Sequence record: ON229909.1
From: Escherichia phage vB_EcoM_CE1
Strand: one strand, 5' to 3'
DNA: 64,000 nucleotides
In this document: in pieces, positions 1 through 17,210 of the stretch
Layout: each line of letters opens with the position of its first letter
Position numbering within the stretch: position 1 is the first letter of the stretch
Notes under the pieces: generated by a model
Databases searched by the model: none
Told to the model about the DNA's origin: nothing
Seen by the model: only the letters and a program-made list of their open reading frames with translations
Made by a program: the position numbers and the translations under genes

Positions 1-2643
<2,643 letters not shown>

Positions 2644-2684
2644 GATTTCTCCTAATCTGGGCTTTAATTAGTTTATAATATTTA

Positions 2685-4386
<1,702 letters not shown>

Positions 4387-4390
4387 TTAA

Positions 4391-4415
4391 AAATCCTTTG
4401 GGGCCTTGCGGCCCC
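4391..4415 (-). terminator. hairpin ggggccgcaaggcccc plus U-run downstream of wac
   Basis: GC stem with T-run on minus strand between wac stop and gene 13 start. Confidence 0.45.
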
Positions 4416-4418
4416 ATG

Positions 4419-5876
4419 TTATGCTGGTGATAAAAAGGTAGAAAGTAGTACCCATTCGCCGTCTTTACGAACGTAAGCTTGGCCATCTTTTGGAGCTTCA
4501 GGGATATAACCTGCTTCCTGTAAAGTCTGAACATCCCCCTGTAATGAAGATACATTACTTTTAATACTACGCATTTCTTGATTAATAGAAGAAATGTTAG
4601 TTTCATTAGCTTTTATTGAATTAGTTAATCCGCGCTCTTCTACCGTTGAACCATTTGGATTTGTGCCGCTTACTAGTTTATTTAGTGCAACAACTTGGCC
4701 TTTAATTCCGGAATTGTTATTACCAATTTCAACTTGTAAGTTTTGAACATCATTGTTCAATCTATTAACAGAGGTTTCAATAGTTGAAACCCTATTTAAA
4801 AGAGACCCAGGAGGAGAAGGCTGACCTCCACTAGAATCAGTTCCAACGATTTGGTTTAGCCATGAAACATTTGCTCGTAGTCCAGATGAAGTGTTTTCAC
4901 CAACAATTCCATTTAAAAACTCAATTGATGTGGTATTATCTTTAATTCTACCTTTAATACTAGAAGGAATATCATCTGAGCCAATTGACGTTTCAATGAC
5001 AGTCAATCGTTGTTTAATACCTCCGCTTTTATTTAGTTCATCATTTAAAGCTGAAACTTCTCGTGTATTAGTGTTAACATCTGTGATTATTGAAGTATTT
5101 CCTGGATATCCAATAGAAGTTTTGATAGATTTAATTTCGGAACTAAGATTAATCTGAGATTGATCTAAATTATGCACACGTGAATATATGCTTTCACTGA
5201 ATGAAGATGGTCTTTGTCCAAGTTCTTGTCTAAGATTTCCGACTTCAATTGTCAGTGAACCTACATCAGATTCAATAAATTTTTCTTCCAAATCACTTAG
5301 ACGTATTCCTTGGGAAGTTATAGCATCTGTATTATTAATGATGCGGTGCTTCATACCCGTGCTGCTATTTCCTACAACAGGAAGACCATTAATGTCTTGC
5401 CCAGCATATTGTCCTAATTCCCTTTTAATCCATAATAAATCATTTCTAATCGTTCTATAAACTGAATTTGCTTGCGAATTAAATGGACCAATATCAGAAA
5501 GAATATTATCAACCGTAGTATTTGTGCCATTTAATATATCAGTATGTTCATTCGTGAGTGTCTTTAAATTTGATATATCATTTTTATTAACACTGATCTG
5601 TGATAGCGCTTCTATATCTCCTGATACATCTAAAATGCCTTGAATGGTTTTAATATCTTCCTGAGATGTTTCAATGGCAGTTTTAAGAATTCCTACATTT
5701 TCATCGAGAACCTCGACATTTTTAAACACGGAAACAGTTGGTCTATTCATTGACCCATCTCTTCCATACTTAGTACTAGCTCCTAGTATTTCTTCACCGT
5801 TTTTAATCCATGAAATACGTTCCTGGCCTTCGCCAGGAACGCTATCAACAAAAGGTAACTCTTTTAATTCAATCAT
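4419..5876 (-). CDS. wac: fibritin (whisker protein) with C-terminal foldon
   Basis: 485 aa coiled-coil protein ending [27 protein letters not shown] (foldon). Confidence 0.9.
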   Translation of the reverse strand: MIELKELPFVDSVPGEGQERISWIKNGEEILGASTKYGRDGSMNRPTVSVFKNVEVLDENVGILKTAIETSQEDIKTIQGILDVSGDIEALSQISVNKNDISNLKTLTNEHTDILNGTNTTVDNILSDIGPFNSQANSVYRTIRNDLLWIKRELGQYAGQDINGLPVVGNSSTGMKHRIINNTDAITSQGIRLSDLEEKFIESDVGSLTIEVGNLRQELGQRPSSFSESIYSRVHNLDQSQINLSSEIKSIKTSIGYPGNTSIITDVNTNTREVSALNDELNKSGGIKQRLTVIETSIGSDDIPSSIKGRIKDNTTSIEFLNGIVGENTSSGLRANVSWLNQIVGTDSSGGQPSPPGSLLNRVSTIETSVNRLNNDVQNLQVEIGNNNSGIKGQVVALNKLVSGTNPNGSTVEERGLTNSIKANETNISSINQEMRSIKSNVSSLQGDVQTLQEAGYIPEAPKDGQAYVRKDGEWVLLSTFLSPA

Positions 5877-5885
5877 TTGTAATCC

Positions 5886-7442
5886 TTAGTAATGAATTTT
5901 AATAATATAGTTTAATGATATATTCCATGGTCTAGTTTCATAACCAATTAATCCTTCACGGTTTAACGTGCCAAACGAGTCACGAGCACCACCCATTTCA
6001 AATCCGTCGTTAGTAAAGAACAAATGGTTGTCCCAGTCGGCGCTTCTACCATTGCCTAAATATCCACTGCCATTAGATGCGCCAAACGGTGCATAACCTC
6101 TGTTATTTCCATTTTCCCCCCAGGCACCAACATGTTTATGGTATGACATTTGTTGTGCCTGAACACCACCAACATGCATTCCGTCACATCCTACACCAAG
6201 TCTATCCTTCCCGTAACCATCTTGTCCTCGTTGATTTAAAATATGACCTCCTGTGCCAGCTCCTCTGACGAAAAGACCTCGCATATCAGGAATGCCAGGG
6301 TTATTCCAATCACCACCAAATCTTGTTCCAACTGTGTTTCTATAATCAGGATATTGATCTCCTGACACGGTTCCGCCGTGGCACATAACCCAACCCGGAG
6401 GTGCTGAATCACCCGCAAACATCATAATAGTTCCAACTGGAACCCTTTCGGACGCATATCTTTCAGTGGCAACAGGTTGATCGCCATTTTTCCACATTCC
6501 GCCACGCGACCAAATTCCGTTTGCTGTAAGATGGTCTAAATTTAAAGAACCATTAATAGTTTGTCCACCACGAGTATTAATTACATCTGCGTTCCATGCT
6601 AATGCACCAGAGCTATCACCTTCAGGGGCAATACCGGCTTGCGTCGTTAATTTAACTACTCCACGCATAGAACCAGTAGCTCCTCGACCATTTAGTGTTT
6701 CACCTGTTACTGCAACATCTCCCAAATTACTGTTAATTTCTGATTGTGTTCCTAAACGTATAACACCCTTATATTCTTGTGTTGCAACAGAATTCATAAA
6801 GGTATACGGAGAAATTGCATATCCTTCGCGGAGAGTTCCTTGACGAGTTTGCGCAACAGTAGATAATTGAACTACACCTCTCACAGATTCTGATGCAGTA
6901 TCTTCGGAAGGAGCTATTTGTGAAATTAATTTTATTGCAAGTTTTTGCGTTTTTAATGGAGTCATTGCTGTAGTATCATCAACTCCAGCTAAAGCTGCAG
7001 GTGTAGATGATATTTTAATAACCCCGTTTGATGACTCAGACGAATATCTATTTTGGAACACATCGTCAGTATGGTATTTCAGTTTTTGCGGCGTTATTGA
7101 TGAATTATTATCTGAGCCTTCTAATGTTTCTTCATTTGTTGAATAGCGCGTTAAACCATACTTAGTTTCAGTAGCATTTGGATACAATAATCTTGTTGCT
7201 AATGTAGCTGGTGTAACGATTTTAGAATTATTAGTTCCATCTAAAACCTCTTGCTCTGACGCAATCATTGCTATTCCTTTAACTTCCATAGTTGCATCAG
7301 GAATACCATTTACACCGATATTACTTATTTTTGATAATGCAGACTGCACTGTCGTGACAGTGTCAGGAAAATTCGATCCAGTAGGATCGAATTTAACATA
7401 TTTTGATTCATTTGATACGTGCTGATATGTATTGTTACTCAT
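5886..7442 (-). CDS. 12: short tail fiber protein
   Basis: 518 aa, position between wac and 11; size close to T4 gp12. Confidence 0.85.
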   Translation of the reverse strand: MSNNTYQHVSNESKYVKFDPTGSNFPDTVTTVQSALSKISNIGVNGIPDATMEVKGIAMIASEQEVLDGTNNSKIVTPATLATRLLYPNATETKYGLTRYSTNEETLEGSDNNSSITPQKLKYHTDDVFQNRYSSESSNGVIKISSTPAALAGVDDTTAMTPLKTQKLAIKLISQIAPSEDTASESVRGVVQLSTVAQTRQGTLREGYAISPYTFMNSVATQEYKGVIRLGTQSEINSNLGDVAVTGETLNGRGATGSMRGVVKLTTQAGIAPEGDSSGALAWNADVINTRGGQTINGSLNLDHLTANGIWSRGGMWKNGDQPVATERYASERVPVGTIMMFAGDSAPPGWVMCHGGTVSGDQYPDYRNTVGTRFGGDWNNPGIPDMRGLFVRGAGTGGHILNQRGQDGYGKDRLGVGCDGMHVGGVQAQQMSYHKHVGAWGENGNNRGYAPFGASNGSGYLGNGRSADWDNHLFFTNDGFEMGGARDSFGTLNREGLIGYETRPWNISLNYIIKIHY

Positions 7443-8098
7443 GCTATTCTCTCAAAATAATAAAATACCGTAGGTTGTGTGTGACTATCTAGCGTGACAG
7501 TTTGCGCACCTAATAATTGCCAAGTTCCGTATCCAGGTTTAGAAGGAGAAATTATTTCCTGTTTGAAAGTAATTCCTTTATCAGAGTATTGTTCTAAGAT
7601 ATGTTCTTGGTTATCTAAATACTTAACTTGTATTTTATTTCCTATGGTAGGATGGTCTTCAAATGAATCAATTGCAATAAATTTTGCAACCATTTCCTGT
7701 AGAGCTGTTCTAACGGCACTGGTAAATTCGATTGAAGTCATTCCGTTGGTAGCTTTAACAGGAATGCCAAACATGTTAACAATAACTGGGTCTCCGGGTT
7801 TAGCTGAAGTATCAGTAACAGTTCCTTCAAATGACCAATAGTCTGTTTGCTGCACGCCAGTAGGAGATACGCCGCTTATATTAACTAATACAGCTCCAAC
7901 TTGTTGCTCTGCCATATTTCTAACATCATTGATAGCAGATTCTACATTTGGGTCATAAAAACCCTTTGCTATTTGTGAAATTGTTACAGCGCCTACTGGC
8001 TGATTATTCATAACCGAAATATCATTTTTCTTAGTTCTAAAACCAAGAAAATCTGCTAAGCGGGAAATAACTCCCGCTTTATTATTAAGTAAACTCAT
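7439..8098 (-). CDS. 11: baseplate wedge / short tail fiber attachment protein
   Basis: ORF track 7439..8116; start moved to internal ATG 8098 (ATGA overlap with gene 10 stop) giving 219 aa as in T4. Confidence 0.8.
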   Translation of the reverse strand: MSLLNNKAGVISRLADFLGFRTKKNDISVMNNQPVGAVTISQIAKGFYDPNVESAINDVRNMAEQQVGAVLVNISGVSPTGVQQTDYWSFEGTVTDTSAKPGDPVIVNMFGIPVKATNGMTSIEFTSAVRTALQEMVAKFIAIDSFEDHPTIGNKIQVKYLDNQEHILEQYSDKGITFKQEIISPSKPGYGTWQLLGAQTVTLDSHTQPTVFYYFERIA

Positions 8099-9903
8099 TA
8101 TGCAATCCTTATCCAACGGTATACAGTAATAGACGGTTGAATATTACTAATATTAGTAGGAGGAGTATGTGAAGAGTTTGTTGTTGCGTAGTCTTCACGA
8201 TATTTTGTATATATAGGACCAGTTTCGTCTGGGTCATATTGACAACCTCCAATAATAACTGATCCGTTTTCATCTTCAATTAAAACTTTTTCATCAGTTT
8301 TAGTCGCAGGAAGATTTGCGTTCTCAAGTGTCACCGATGTTGTTCCAACTGTTCCACCGGCAGTATGTGAAGGATTTCCGCTAGAATCTAAATCATTATT
8401 GTTTAAAGCAAAGTTTGGATCCGTAACATCATCATTCCATCCTACTAAAACTTGTCCTTTACCAAATAATTTCCATGAACCAAATCCCATATAAGTCACC
8501 GGATTATTTGGATTTATAGCATTTTCATAAATTGAACCAACAGGATAAATGCTGTCGAAAATAGATGATATTGAATTATACATTCTAGTATAAGAATCAA
8601 CTTTTTCAACATTTGGCCAACCGATTTTATCAAAATCTGTTAAGGCTACATCACCAGTAACTTCGGTAGATGATCCTTTGCTAACATAACGGTCATCCGT
8701 TAATTCAATAATGTCATCTTTTTCTAAAAGAGTTCCTAAATCATTATTGAACCACGTTATAACGATTATATCACCTGATTCAAATTTTCTATCAAATAAA
8801 AGACTGGTAGGTTTTCCATCTTCATATTCTATAGAATAATCTGTGTTTGATTCTTTCCATTCACCACCAAGAGATATACAACCTTCTCGCGTATCTGAAC
8901 TAGCGCCTTCACACAAAAACAGAGGATATCCAGCGGTTCCAGCCTGCTGCTGTAAAATTCCATTAAAACGAACCTCAAGAGAATTAGGATTAATGGGTTC
9001 ACCAGGAATTAATCCAAATGCAGAAAATGGAATTGATTTCATCGCCGATAAATCAGTAACATAAATGCTTCCTTCTAAAGAAGTCTTTGATGTTAGTTTT
9101 GAATCTAGTACTTTTATTTGGCGTCTTGTATATGAACTTCTCCATTGTGATACACCATCCATAAATGTTTCAATTTGAACGGTGTCACCAATATTACAAG
9201 GCTGTCTTAATCGAATATTAAATCCATCAAGAGGAACTAATTCGCCTTCATTTTCGCCCGGAGAGCCAAAGTCACTATTTTCGCTAAATACATCACCGTA
9301 ATACAATTCGTTACCACGATGTTTTACTCTGATGTTATTGACATTATAACTAGTTCCATTAAAAACATCTAAAAAGTCTGTTTGCCCTTGAACTTCGACT
9401 AAAAATTCTTTACGAGCTACATTACTAATGTCTGAACTAATAATTTTATCAATTTGCTTATTTTTGACATACTCCCAACGTCCTGGAGCGCAATAAACGA
9501 GCTCTAAATCACTAAATTGAATATTAATTTCAACTGACGATGACGACCCTTTAATTGTATCTCCGGAAGCAGCTACTAAAGTAACTGGATTGATGTTCCA
9601 TGTAGCGAATACGTCTCTAGCTCTAATTACCTTGTTGTAATCATTAACAGTTCCTTTAGGAAGTTGTAGAGTTACTCTTCCAGACGAAGTATTAATGGCA
9701 TATGATTTTCCCCATTCTGCCGTTAGTGTTTGTCCAGATGAAGCATCATAAGTTTTCCAGGCACCGGCTGAATATGGAACATCTCCATCACCAAGTTCAT
9801 AATAAAGTTCATCAAAGTTTTCATTTATTTTTATACCACCTTTACGCAGGTAGTCACCGGTACCATCATCAACAACATTACCGATATTAATATTTTGTTT
9901 CAT
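8098..9903 (-). CDS. 10: baseplate wedge protein
   Basis: 601 aa, position and size as T4 gp10. Confidence 0.85.
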   Translation of the reverse strand: MKQNINIGNVVDDGTGDYLRKGGIKINENFDELYYELGDGDVPYSAGAWKTYDASSGQTLTAEWGKSYAINTSSGRVTLQLPKGTVNDYNKVIRARDVFATWNINPVTLVAASGDTIKGSSSSVEINIQFSDLELVYCAPGRWEYVKNKQIDKIISSDISNVARKEFLVEVQGQTDFLDVFNGTSYNVNNIRVKHRGNELYYGDVFSENSDFGSPGENEGELVPLDGFNIRLRQPCNIGDTVQIETFMDGVSQWRSSYTRRQIKVLDSKLTSKTSLEGSIYVTDLSAMKSIPFSAFGLIPGEPINPNSLEVRFNGILQQQAGTAGYPLFLCEGASSDTREGCISLGGEWKESNTDYSIEYEDGKPTSLLFDRKFESGDIIVITWFNNDLGTLLEKDDIIELTDDRYVSKGSSTEVTGDVALTDFDKIGWPNVEKVDSYTRMYNSISSIFDSIYPVGSIYENAINPNNPVTYMGFGSWKLFGKGQVLVGWNDDVTDPNFALNNNDLDSSGNPSHTAGGTVGTTSVTLENANLPATKTDEKVLIEDENGSVIIGGCQYDPDETGPIYTKYREDYATTNSSHTPPTNISNIQPSITVYRWIRIA

Positions 9904-10769
9904 TATTGAGCCACCCCGATTTTCTGCGTAGCGATAACTTTAACTGCTGCTCTCATACCGACAGTTGAAGAACTTATAGTCGCCGTTACATAATTTTCTT
10001 TAATACTAAATGCAATATTAGCGATTTCGTCTTCTTCGGTTTCATTCCCAACCCGCATGACAGCATATTCAGAAGAAATGACCGTTGAATTAACAGTATC
10101 TACAAGAATATTTATTTCTGCTGTTTTAATTTTTCTTCCATCTACCGATTGGCAAGTAACTAACAATTTAGCCATGTTATATTCAGTACGATGAAATAAT
10201 GGAATGTCAACTGATCCAGATGTAGAAATATTCCATGTACCTTCAGCTGGTGATTCCTTTTGTCCAAACATACTTTCAATAGAATAATTCCAAACCGAAG
10301 TAGAATTATCAGATGAAATACAACGTAAAGTAACTTTACTATATGGGCTAGTTACTACTAAATTACCTGAAACACCTTTAATTGAATCAATAGCTTGAAT
10401 TGTCAAAGGATTAGTAACTGATATTGATCCATTAGAGTTAATGAATTCAACACAATCGCCGAGTTCGCCTCTTTCAATGATAACTTTAACACCTACAGTA
10501 GAGGTATCAATATCATGCCTAGTGCCAACTTTTACTGGAGTTGCGTACTCTGCAATAGAATGCTTTTGATAATATCCAGTAGCATGGATAATTTGGCCGT
10601 CAGCGCCAGTACCATTTGCTACTGCCATTTTACGCTGATCGCCAAACGCGTTATAAATTGCATTAAAATCACTATTAATTTTATTACCACCGTCGAATAA
10701 GATATCACCAGTAGAAGCGTTACCAATTTCGCCGGTATCAATCAATTTCTTTGGTTCTTGAATGAACAT
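9903..10769 (-). CDS. 9: baseplate wedge protein, long tail fiber attachment
   Basis: 288 aa as T4 gp9; own late promoter upstream. Confidence 0.85.
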   Translation of the reverse strand: MFIQEPKKLIDTGEIGNASTGDILFDGGNKINSDFNAIYNAFGDQRKMAVANGTGADGQIIHATGYYQKHSIAEYATPVKVGTRHDIDTSTVGVKVIIERGELGDCVEFINSNGSISVTNPLTIQAIDSIKGVSGNLVVTSPYSKVTLRCISSDNSTSVWNYSIESMFGQKESPAEGTWNISTSGSVDIPLFHRTEYNMAKLLVTCQSVDGRKIKTAEINILVDTVNSTVISSEYAVMRVGNETEEDEIANIAFSIKENYVTATISSSTVGMRAAVKVIATQKIGVAQ

Positions 10770-10793
10770 AGCGGTTTCCTTATGAGTTTATAG

Positions 10794-10801
10794 TATTTAT
10801 A
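10794..10801 (-). promoter_or_regulatory. T4-type late promoter TATAAATA for gene 9
   Basis: Exact TATAAATA on minus strand about 24 nt upstream of gene 9 ATG. Confidence 0.7.
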
Positions 10802-10802
10802 A

Positions 10803-10828
10803 AGAAAAAAGGGAGCCCATGGGCTCCC
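10803..10828 (-). terminator. palindromic hairpin gggagcccatgggctccc plus U-run downstream of gene 8
   Basis: Perfect inverted repeat followed by T6 on minus strand between genes 8 and 9. Confidence 0.55.
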
Positions 10829-10833
10829 TTAAT

Positions 10834-11838
10834 TTAAAATGTAAACAGAATATTGATTTCTTCTGTTTGATCCATTGCCATAATAATAGGTGGCCTATTT
10901 TCCATATAAATCATTTCGCCCGAATGCCTCATTAAATCTTCCGGATCATAGTAATCCTTTTCAGCTTTAACGTTTGGGTCATTTGGATGAACTTTAGCTT
11001 CAAGAGGATTCGTGATTATCGATATTTGTCTAAATCCTTTATTTCCTGGCAATGCAGCTTCAGGAAAATAAACTGAATCTAAGTATGCTTTAAAACGAAT
11101 AGTATTTGCCTTAACCCGGTAAATTAATCCAAAATCATCTTGCTGCCAAGTGAGGTTATCTTCATACCCCCATCTAGTCGGATCTTCTTTTAATTCCTCA
11201 GGCCAAGGAACCACGATATATTCATTCGTGCATCTGTTTATAGATACATCAGGCGGAATCTCAAAAAGATATTCCCATACATACCCGTCTCCAGGTTCGA
11301 TTGTTCCTTCCGCGTCTCCTCGACCTTCAGGAGGAGTCATTGACCTAACAGAAGGAGTCCATTTTCCACCTAGCTTAAGGCATTCATCCTTATTAGTTAA
11401 AGACTCAATTGAGCACATTCCGGTATCAGGAACATCTAAACAACGATATACTAACCAGCCTGCGCCTGATTCGGTAGCGTTGTAAGGAGCTGAGTTACAC
11501 ACTACAATATCGTTAATTCTAAATGTGTATGGATCCGGATATCTAGTATCTCCCCAATCTCGACGAGGAATAACTGCATCAAGCATAGATGGAAGAACCT
11601 TCACGGTTCCCATCATATGAGTCCACATGTCAGTTACACCTAATACAGAATCGGTGGGATAAGGTGGAGCAAAGCCCACCTCATTTTCATTTGATGACCA
11701 CGGTTCTGATCTTCCAAATGTGATAAAGATAGTGTTTTTATCCGGACCACTTCCAATTGAATTATAAAAATTCAACATTTTTTCTGTTCTAAATTTTGAA
11801 GTAACTATCGCACGATAGATAACACTTGAATCATTCAT
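10834..11838 (-). CDS. 8: baseplate wedge protein
   Basis: 334 aa as T4 gp8. Confidence 0.85.
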   Translation of the reverse strand: MNDSSVIYRAIVTSKFRTEKMLNFYNSIGSGPDKNTIFITFGRSEPWSSNENEVGFAPPYPTDSVLGVTDMWTHMMGTVKVLPSMLDAVIPRRDWGDTRYPDPYTFRINDIVVCNSAPYNATESGAGWLVYRCLDVPDTGMCSIESLTNKDECLKLGGKWTPSVRSMTPPEGRGDAEGTIEPGDGYVWEYLFEIPPDVSINRCTNEYIVVPWPEELKEDPTRWGYEDNLTWQQDDFGLIYRVKANTIRFKAYLDSVYFPEAALPGNKGFRQISIITNPLEAKVHPNDPNVKAEKDYYDPEDLMRHSGEMIYMENRPPIIMAMDQTEEINILFTF

Positions 11839-14800
11839 CTATTTTAACCTGTGTTGGATTTTCAGGGTCTCTTGGATTTCCTATATTATCTTTTAGACGT
11901 TTATTAACTAAATCCCTAAATTGTGCAAATGTTGTTCCAGATGCATCAAATAGAGGACTCATTAATTTACGTCGTTCAGATGGCAATTGACCTTGAAATA
12001 TTGAATTATTATTTTCAGCATTATAGTCATCAGGAAGAGGATATTCTACACCAGCCATTGGGCCAGGTTCATAAATTGCTTCGCCTGTTACTGAATCATG
12101 CTCAATTTCACCGGTTGGAGTCAATTTAGCTACTCTATCAGCGTATTCAGTAGGCAATCCAGAATCCCATTTATAGTTTTTGTATTTATTAATTATAGTC
12201 TCTGTATGTTTAAGAGTTAAACCAACATTAATAAACATTGTTAAAAGAGTAATTGCTATAAATCCAAATCCTACTGGATGAACAAAACGAATAACGTCAG
12301 ATTTCCAGCGGGAAGAAGGTAAATTGGATTTAATTTTCATTACATAATATGATCTACTTCTATTAATATAGTCTATATTATTTTGAAGCAAATCCTTTCC
12401 TTTAACCCCGCGAATAATTTCGCCTTCAAAACTAGGGAGTCTTTCTGCTTTAACTTCTTGACCAGCAATTAATCTTCCCAAAAGATTATGAATAGTTACG
12501 GTCCATTGCAATTTACCATTAGAATAGCTTCTTTCTATATAAGTAACATTACATCTTCCTGTAGCTGTATAAATCGTTTGTCCTACTAAATCTTCAGTCA
12601 AAGAATCAGATTGAACGATTATATCATATTCAGTACCAGCCCCAGATTCAATTTCAATTTCAACTTCTTCATTATAAAGAACTTTAAAAAGAAATTTGTA
12701 TGATGCTTCAATTCCTTTAGTAGAATAAAAATCATAGCTGCGTGATTCGAAAAATCTTGCAACAGCATCACGTTTGTCAGCATTTAAATAAATGTTTCTT
12801 TTATATATCTCTGACCACAAATATTCCCATGCATGCTCTTCTCGTGGATATTTGTTACGAATTAAATTTCGTAAATTGTTATACTGAGTTCCATATCCAT
12901 CAGAAAGATATTGAATATATGCTTCGCAAAATGCCTCAAAATTCGAATCTTGTAGTAAATAAGAATCAGGCATCATTGTGCCAATCAATGGTCTTAAATC
13001 AGGGTCAGCTAATCCATGCTCTTCTTCTGGTGACCAAGGAGTTTCACGCTCTTGGTTTTGTAAAAATGCTTTTAAAAACACTTCAGTTGGCTTCCAAATA
13101 ATTTCGACAGTGTCTCTCACTCGATAGTTAAAATCATAGTAAGAAATTATTTCACCAGAAGACTTATAAAAAAGCATCCCAGACGCGTATTTTTTAAATC
13201 CCGTGAATTTAACATTTGGCATTACTATCGTACAATCACCATCATCCCAGTATTCATGAACTAATCTATCCGGTGATGTTTCCGGAATATTTTCTATAAC
13301 TTTGGTGTATTTTAAATCAGCATAAACTACTACAGCTCTGTCAGAGTTGTTTATCCAACAGCGTGTGTTAGATTTTTTAGACCAGTTAAAGAATGGTTCA
13401 GCGTAGTATTTCATCGGCTGAGGTGTAAAAGTTTCCCAATCAGATTTTTCATCTGCTATAAATGCCATCATATGATAATGCTTATCAGCTAGCCATTCAC
13501 GAGGAAATTCATATTTAACAGCACCGATTAACTGATATTTCGCTGCAGTTTCAGGGTCATTAACAATGTTATCACTTAAAAATTTAAAATTACTCGAAGA
13601 CAGAGAAACTAATTTACCATCAGTTGACATATTCGCATATCCAGGTTGAATACGTCTTCTTTCTTCTTCAGTGTTGCCAAAAACTCTTTTCCATGTTTTC
13701 GTGGCATGATTTAAAACATATATTCCTTTATCGGCAGAATCAATTATTTTTGATGTTCTAGGATTAGCATTTAATGTTTCAACTTCTCCGATAATAAGAG
13801 CGAAAACTTTATCACCGATAGAATCCATTTTATAACATACTGCTTTAGGATTTCCAGTTATAGTCATTGTATCAGGTTCAAAAAGTCTTTCCGAATATGT
13901 CGGAGATAATGGATCAGAATCTATAGGTGCATTACTCGTTTTTATGTATCTAACTTTGTCTCTGGCGACAACGTAAATGTAATCATCGGTGCAAGTAATA
14001 GCTTCTGCAATGCGGTATACATTAGCTGGCAAAGTCGCGTAAGTGGCAAAAATTTCTACATCAAATCCTAGATGTAATTGGTCGCCAAGTTTAGCAAATG
14101 TTATATCCTGTGAACTAAATCTGACATCATCAGCTGACCATCTAACATCAGTAGATTTGCGGCCATAGAAAATCTTGTCGTATCCTAGAACGTATGTTGT
14201 GTTTGCAGATTGGTAATATACAGTCTTAGATAAAGGATATCCTACGCGGTCATTGAAGAGCTTTACAGCTTTCCAGGTTTGTCCTTTATCGTTAGATACT
14301 TTAACTACAGGTTGATAACGCTCAAAAAGATATAGAATCCCTTCTGATTCCATCAAATAAACTCGGTTAATATCCTTACATACTTGTTGAATAGAACCTT
14401 GTATTTCATGATACTCATTTTCACCAATAATAAAATTACTTATTGATGAAACATCAACATATGATGGGCTGAATTGAAACGATTCATTCATCAATGCAGC
14501 CATTATAGTGTCATTATTAAAATTGACATAATCAGAATTATTAAGAGTAAATTTTTCCTGAATGAATTTATTAGCTAATTGCATTTCAATCATGTTTTGA
14601 AATGTATAAGCGTTTGTAGCAAAAGTTTCAAACTCTTCGGTATAAATCCAATCAGACTGCTCAAAATCCTGCGCAGCTGTAGCTACTCTAATAATGTACG
14701 ATGTCAATGGATTAGCATTATCAAAAAAGAAGCTGTTATTTGCAGTATATCCTAAGTTAATCCATCTGTATTGATTACTCGGGAGATTTTCCCCCGAGTT

Positions 14801-14929
14801 TGTTTTTGTCTCAGCGATTTCTACAAAATAGTAGAAATTAGCACCAACGTCATCCCAGCGTACTTGCACCTGATTTGCGGATAACTTGGAAATTCTGAGA
14901 CTAGTGACTGAAGGTGCTTTTACTGTCAT
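11831..14929 (-). CDS. 7: baseplate wedge protein
   Basis: 1032 aa as T4 gp7. Confidence 0.85.
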   Translation of the reverse strand: MTVKAPSVTSLRISKLSANQVQVRWDDVGANFYYFVEIAETKTNSGENLPSNQYRWINLGYTANNSFFFDNANPLTSYIIRVATAAQDFEQSDWIYTEEFETFATNAYTFQNMIEMQLANKFIQEKFTLNNSDYVNFNNDTIMAALMNESFQFSPSYVDVSSISNFIIGENEYHEIQGSIQQVCKDINRVYLMESEGILYLFERYQPVVKVSNDKGQTWKAVKLFNDRVGYPLSKTVYYQSANTTYVLGYDKIFYGRKSTDVRWSADDVRFSSQDITFAKLGDQLHLGFDVEIFATYATLPANVYRIAEAITCTDDYIYVVARDKVRYIKTSNAPIDSDPLSPTYSERLFEPDTMTITGNPKAVCYKMDSIGDKVFALIIGEVETLNANPRTSKIIDSADKGIYVLNHATKTWKRVFGNTEEERRRIQPGYANMSTDGKLVSLSSSNFKFLSDNIVNDPETAAKYQLIGAVKYEFPREWLADKHYHMMAFIADEKSDWETFTPQPMKYYAEPFFNWSKKSNTRCWINNSDRAVVVYADLKYTKVIENIPETSPDRLVHEYWDDGDCTIVMPNVKFTGFKKYASGMLFYKSSGEIISYYDFNYRVRDTVEIIWKPTEVFLKAFLQNQERETPWSPEEEHGLADPDLRPLIGTMMPDSYLLQDSNFEAFCEAYIQYLSDGYGTQYNNLRNLIRNKYPREEHAWEYLWSEIYKRNIYLNADKRDAVARFFESRSYDFYSTKGIEASYKFLFKVLYNEEVEIEIESGAGTEYDIIVQSDSLTEDLVGQTIYTATGRCNVTYIERSYSNGKLQWTVTIHNLLGRLIAGQEVKAERLPSFEGEIIRGVKGKDLLQNNIDYINRSRSYYVMKIKSNLPSSRWKSDVIRFVHPVGFGFIAITLLTMFINVGLTLKHTETIINKYKNYKWDSGLPTEYADRVAKLTPTGEIEHDSVTGEAIYEPGPMAGVEYPLPDDYNAENNNSIFQGQLPSERRKLMSPLFDASGTTFAQFRDLVNKRLKDNIGNPRDPENPTQVKIDE

Positions 14930-16908
14930 TGTGATATAGGCTCCAAATCGATAGTTAAGTATTGTGGACGTAAATCATTTTCAAATACAATCAGTGAACC
15001 ATCGCGAGTAAAGATAACATCATCGGTTGGGTCAGAATATAATTCAATAGTCTGAACTTCAAATTTTTCAGATGTTAAATTAATTTTAGCGATATTCCAG
15101 TAAATCACATCAGCTGGATAATTTATTTCACCGATAACATAGTATTTGTCGCGTCCATCAGAATTTGCTAATTTGTTAAAATCGTTGCCTGTATACGGCT
15201 GAATGTTTTCATTTTCTGTAACATCGCCAGAAGCAAATGGACCAATAATAACTTTACCAATTCCTTTAGAATCTCGGTCTGTTGATACTATACGAACGTC
15301 ATATAATACATCTTCTTCTAAGCCAGTATCAGGATTTACAACCTTTCGTCCGGAATTAAATGAAAACGTATTAGATTCCATAGAACGATCTTTTATTTGA
15401 TTATTGTATTTAATACCCGCTTCAGGCGTTTTATAGAAGTTTTGTACTTCACGTACCATTTGAATTGTCGCGGATGAGCCAATGATAGAATGATCTGCAT
15501 CATCTACATATGTCAACATCTTAGATTTAGCGAAAGATGAGTTAAAAATTTCTACATCTTCGGTATAATAACGATCAATTTTATCAATTATTTGACCTTC
15601 TAGCCACTGTTCTGATTCTTGCAGCTTATTTAAAGCATATGTGACTTTTAAATTAGTCTTAACAAAAAGATAATTAGGAGAAATAATTGATGGCGTAATA
15701 GGAGCTAAATTATAATCTTTGAGATAATTTTTAATATCTTCGCGTTGTACAGTAGTTAAATACAATCCTGATTTAGGTTTAGCAGCAATAAAGGCATAAC
15801 CAGGTTTAGTAGAATCAGTGAAAGTCTGAACCGCTTGAATAATAGAACCGAATCTTTCTGAGACGAATGTATCATAATCAGTCGCAGTTACGCAGCGTTG
15901 CTGGGTTTCACGTTTAATAGTACCCAATTCGCGAATACGTTCAATATCTTCTGGGTCACCGCCGCCATCTGCCCCAACAAAATCTGGGTCATCGTTTGGA
16001 TTTTCGTTAATATTGATGACAGTTATATTTGTTAATGTATCTGCGTATGAAAATCCGACTGCGCCATTCGCATCTGCACCGTTAGTACTGATGTACTCAA
16101 TAACAATCGTAGAGTTCTGAGTAGGTTTAAGACCTCCAATATAATTAGCGGTCAATGCTCCTTCTGCCGCGTTAACAGAAATCTCACCTTCACCAAAATA
16201 AAATTCAGTATTTCCATCAATAGTTTCACGCATGTAGTAAATTGTTGATGTAGAACCAGCATGAACCATTGACTTTCTTGTCCAGTTAATCCATTCTGCT
16301 CCATCAACGTACAGTTTAACTTGGTTTCTATCTATATTTTTGTCATAAATGATAATAGGTGTTAATTTATCATAAATGATTTCAGTTCTTACTATACGTC
16401 CTTGGGCTAATTTTAAACGTGGAAAATACTGGTTATTTTTATCACGAATAGCAATAACATCTTCGGTAGATACAAAGTTATAAGGATTAACGGAAGTATC
16501 TTTTGCATATGCTAAAAAGCGAGTACCGCGAGGAATAGTAATGTAATTTCTATTCAATGCATCTGTACAAGTTAGCATAATTTCAGTTTGAGCAGCTGAT
16601 TTTGAAGTAGGTAAATATCCATTATCTTGTGCCGCTTGAACTACTGAACTACGTAAGTTAGCAGTACGCATAAAGCTTTCATATACGGCAGCATTACCAA
16701 ACTGCTGAATGTATAATGTATTATAAGCCAAAAGGTCGCACAGAACGTTTAATCTTGAGCCTTCAAAATCATAATCCAAAAATTCATTTTGGCCATTAAG
16801 CCATTCAATGAGGTTTTGTTTTATTTCAGCAAATGTACCCCCGACGAATATCTCGGGAATAGCATTTGCTGTTCTTGTTAATTGATAATTTACAGGGGTA
16901 TTTGCCAT
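14926..16908 (-). CDS. 6: baseplate wedge protein
   Basis: 660 aa as T4 gp6. Confidence 0.85.
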   Translation of the reverse strand: MANTPVNYQLTRTANAIPEIFVGGTFAEIKQNLIEWLNGQNEFLDYDFEGSRLNVLCDLLAYNTLYIQQFGNAAVYESFMRTANLRSSVVQAAQDNGYLPTSKSAAQTEIMLTCTDALNRNYITIPRGTRFLAYAKDTSVNPYNFVSTEDVIAIRDKNNQYFPRLKLAQGRIVRTEIIYDKLTPIIIYDKNIDRNQVKLYVDGAEWINWTRKSMVHAGSTSTIYYMRETIDGNTEFYFGEGEISVNAAEGALTANYIGGLKPTQNSTIVIEYISTNGADANGAVGFSYADTLTNITVININENPNDDPDFVGADGGGDPEDIERIRELGTIKRETQQRCVTATDYDTFVSERFGSIIQAVQTFTDSTKPGYAFIAAKPKSGLYLTTVQREDIKNYLKDYNLAPITPSIISPNYLFVKTNLKVTYALNKLQESEQWLEGQIIDKIDRYYTEDVEIFNSSFAKSKMLTYVDDADHSIIGSSATIQMVREVQNFYKTPEAGIKYNNQIKDRSMESNTFSFNSGRKVVNPDTGLEEDVLYDVRIVSTDRDSKGIGKVIIGPFASGDVTENENIQPYTGNDFNKLANSDGRDKYYVIGEINYPADVIYWNIAKINLTSEKFEVQTIELYSDPTDDVIFTRDGSLIVFENDLRPQYLTIDLEPISQ

Positions 16909-16916
16909 TTTAAATC

Positions 16917-17210
16917 CTATTTAATGAATACTTTAGATGATGCCTGAGCCACAGTATCGCCACATGATATTGGATCAGCCATTTGAACAGCTTTCTTTCC
17001 AGTGACATATACCTTAGAAGTTCTAGGTTGTGTCACTCCGCCATGTGTTTCATATGGCTTTTTAATTTCTGTATGTTCTGTAATTGGATCACCTGCTACG
17101 AGAACAGCAATTCCTCCAGTGAATACTTTACTTTGTGTAGCATTCACAACTGTTGGAGGCCACGCTTCATGGCCAGCAGTAACACACTTATCATAACTTA
17201 ATCCTGACAT
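16917..17210 (-). CDS. 5.4: PAAR-like baseplate spike tip protein
   Basis: 97 aa, matches remembered T4 gp5.4. Confidence 0.8.
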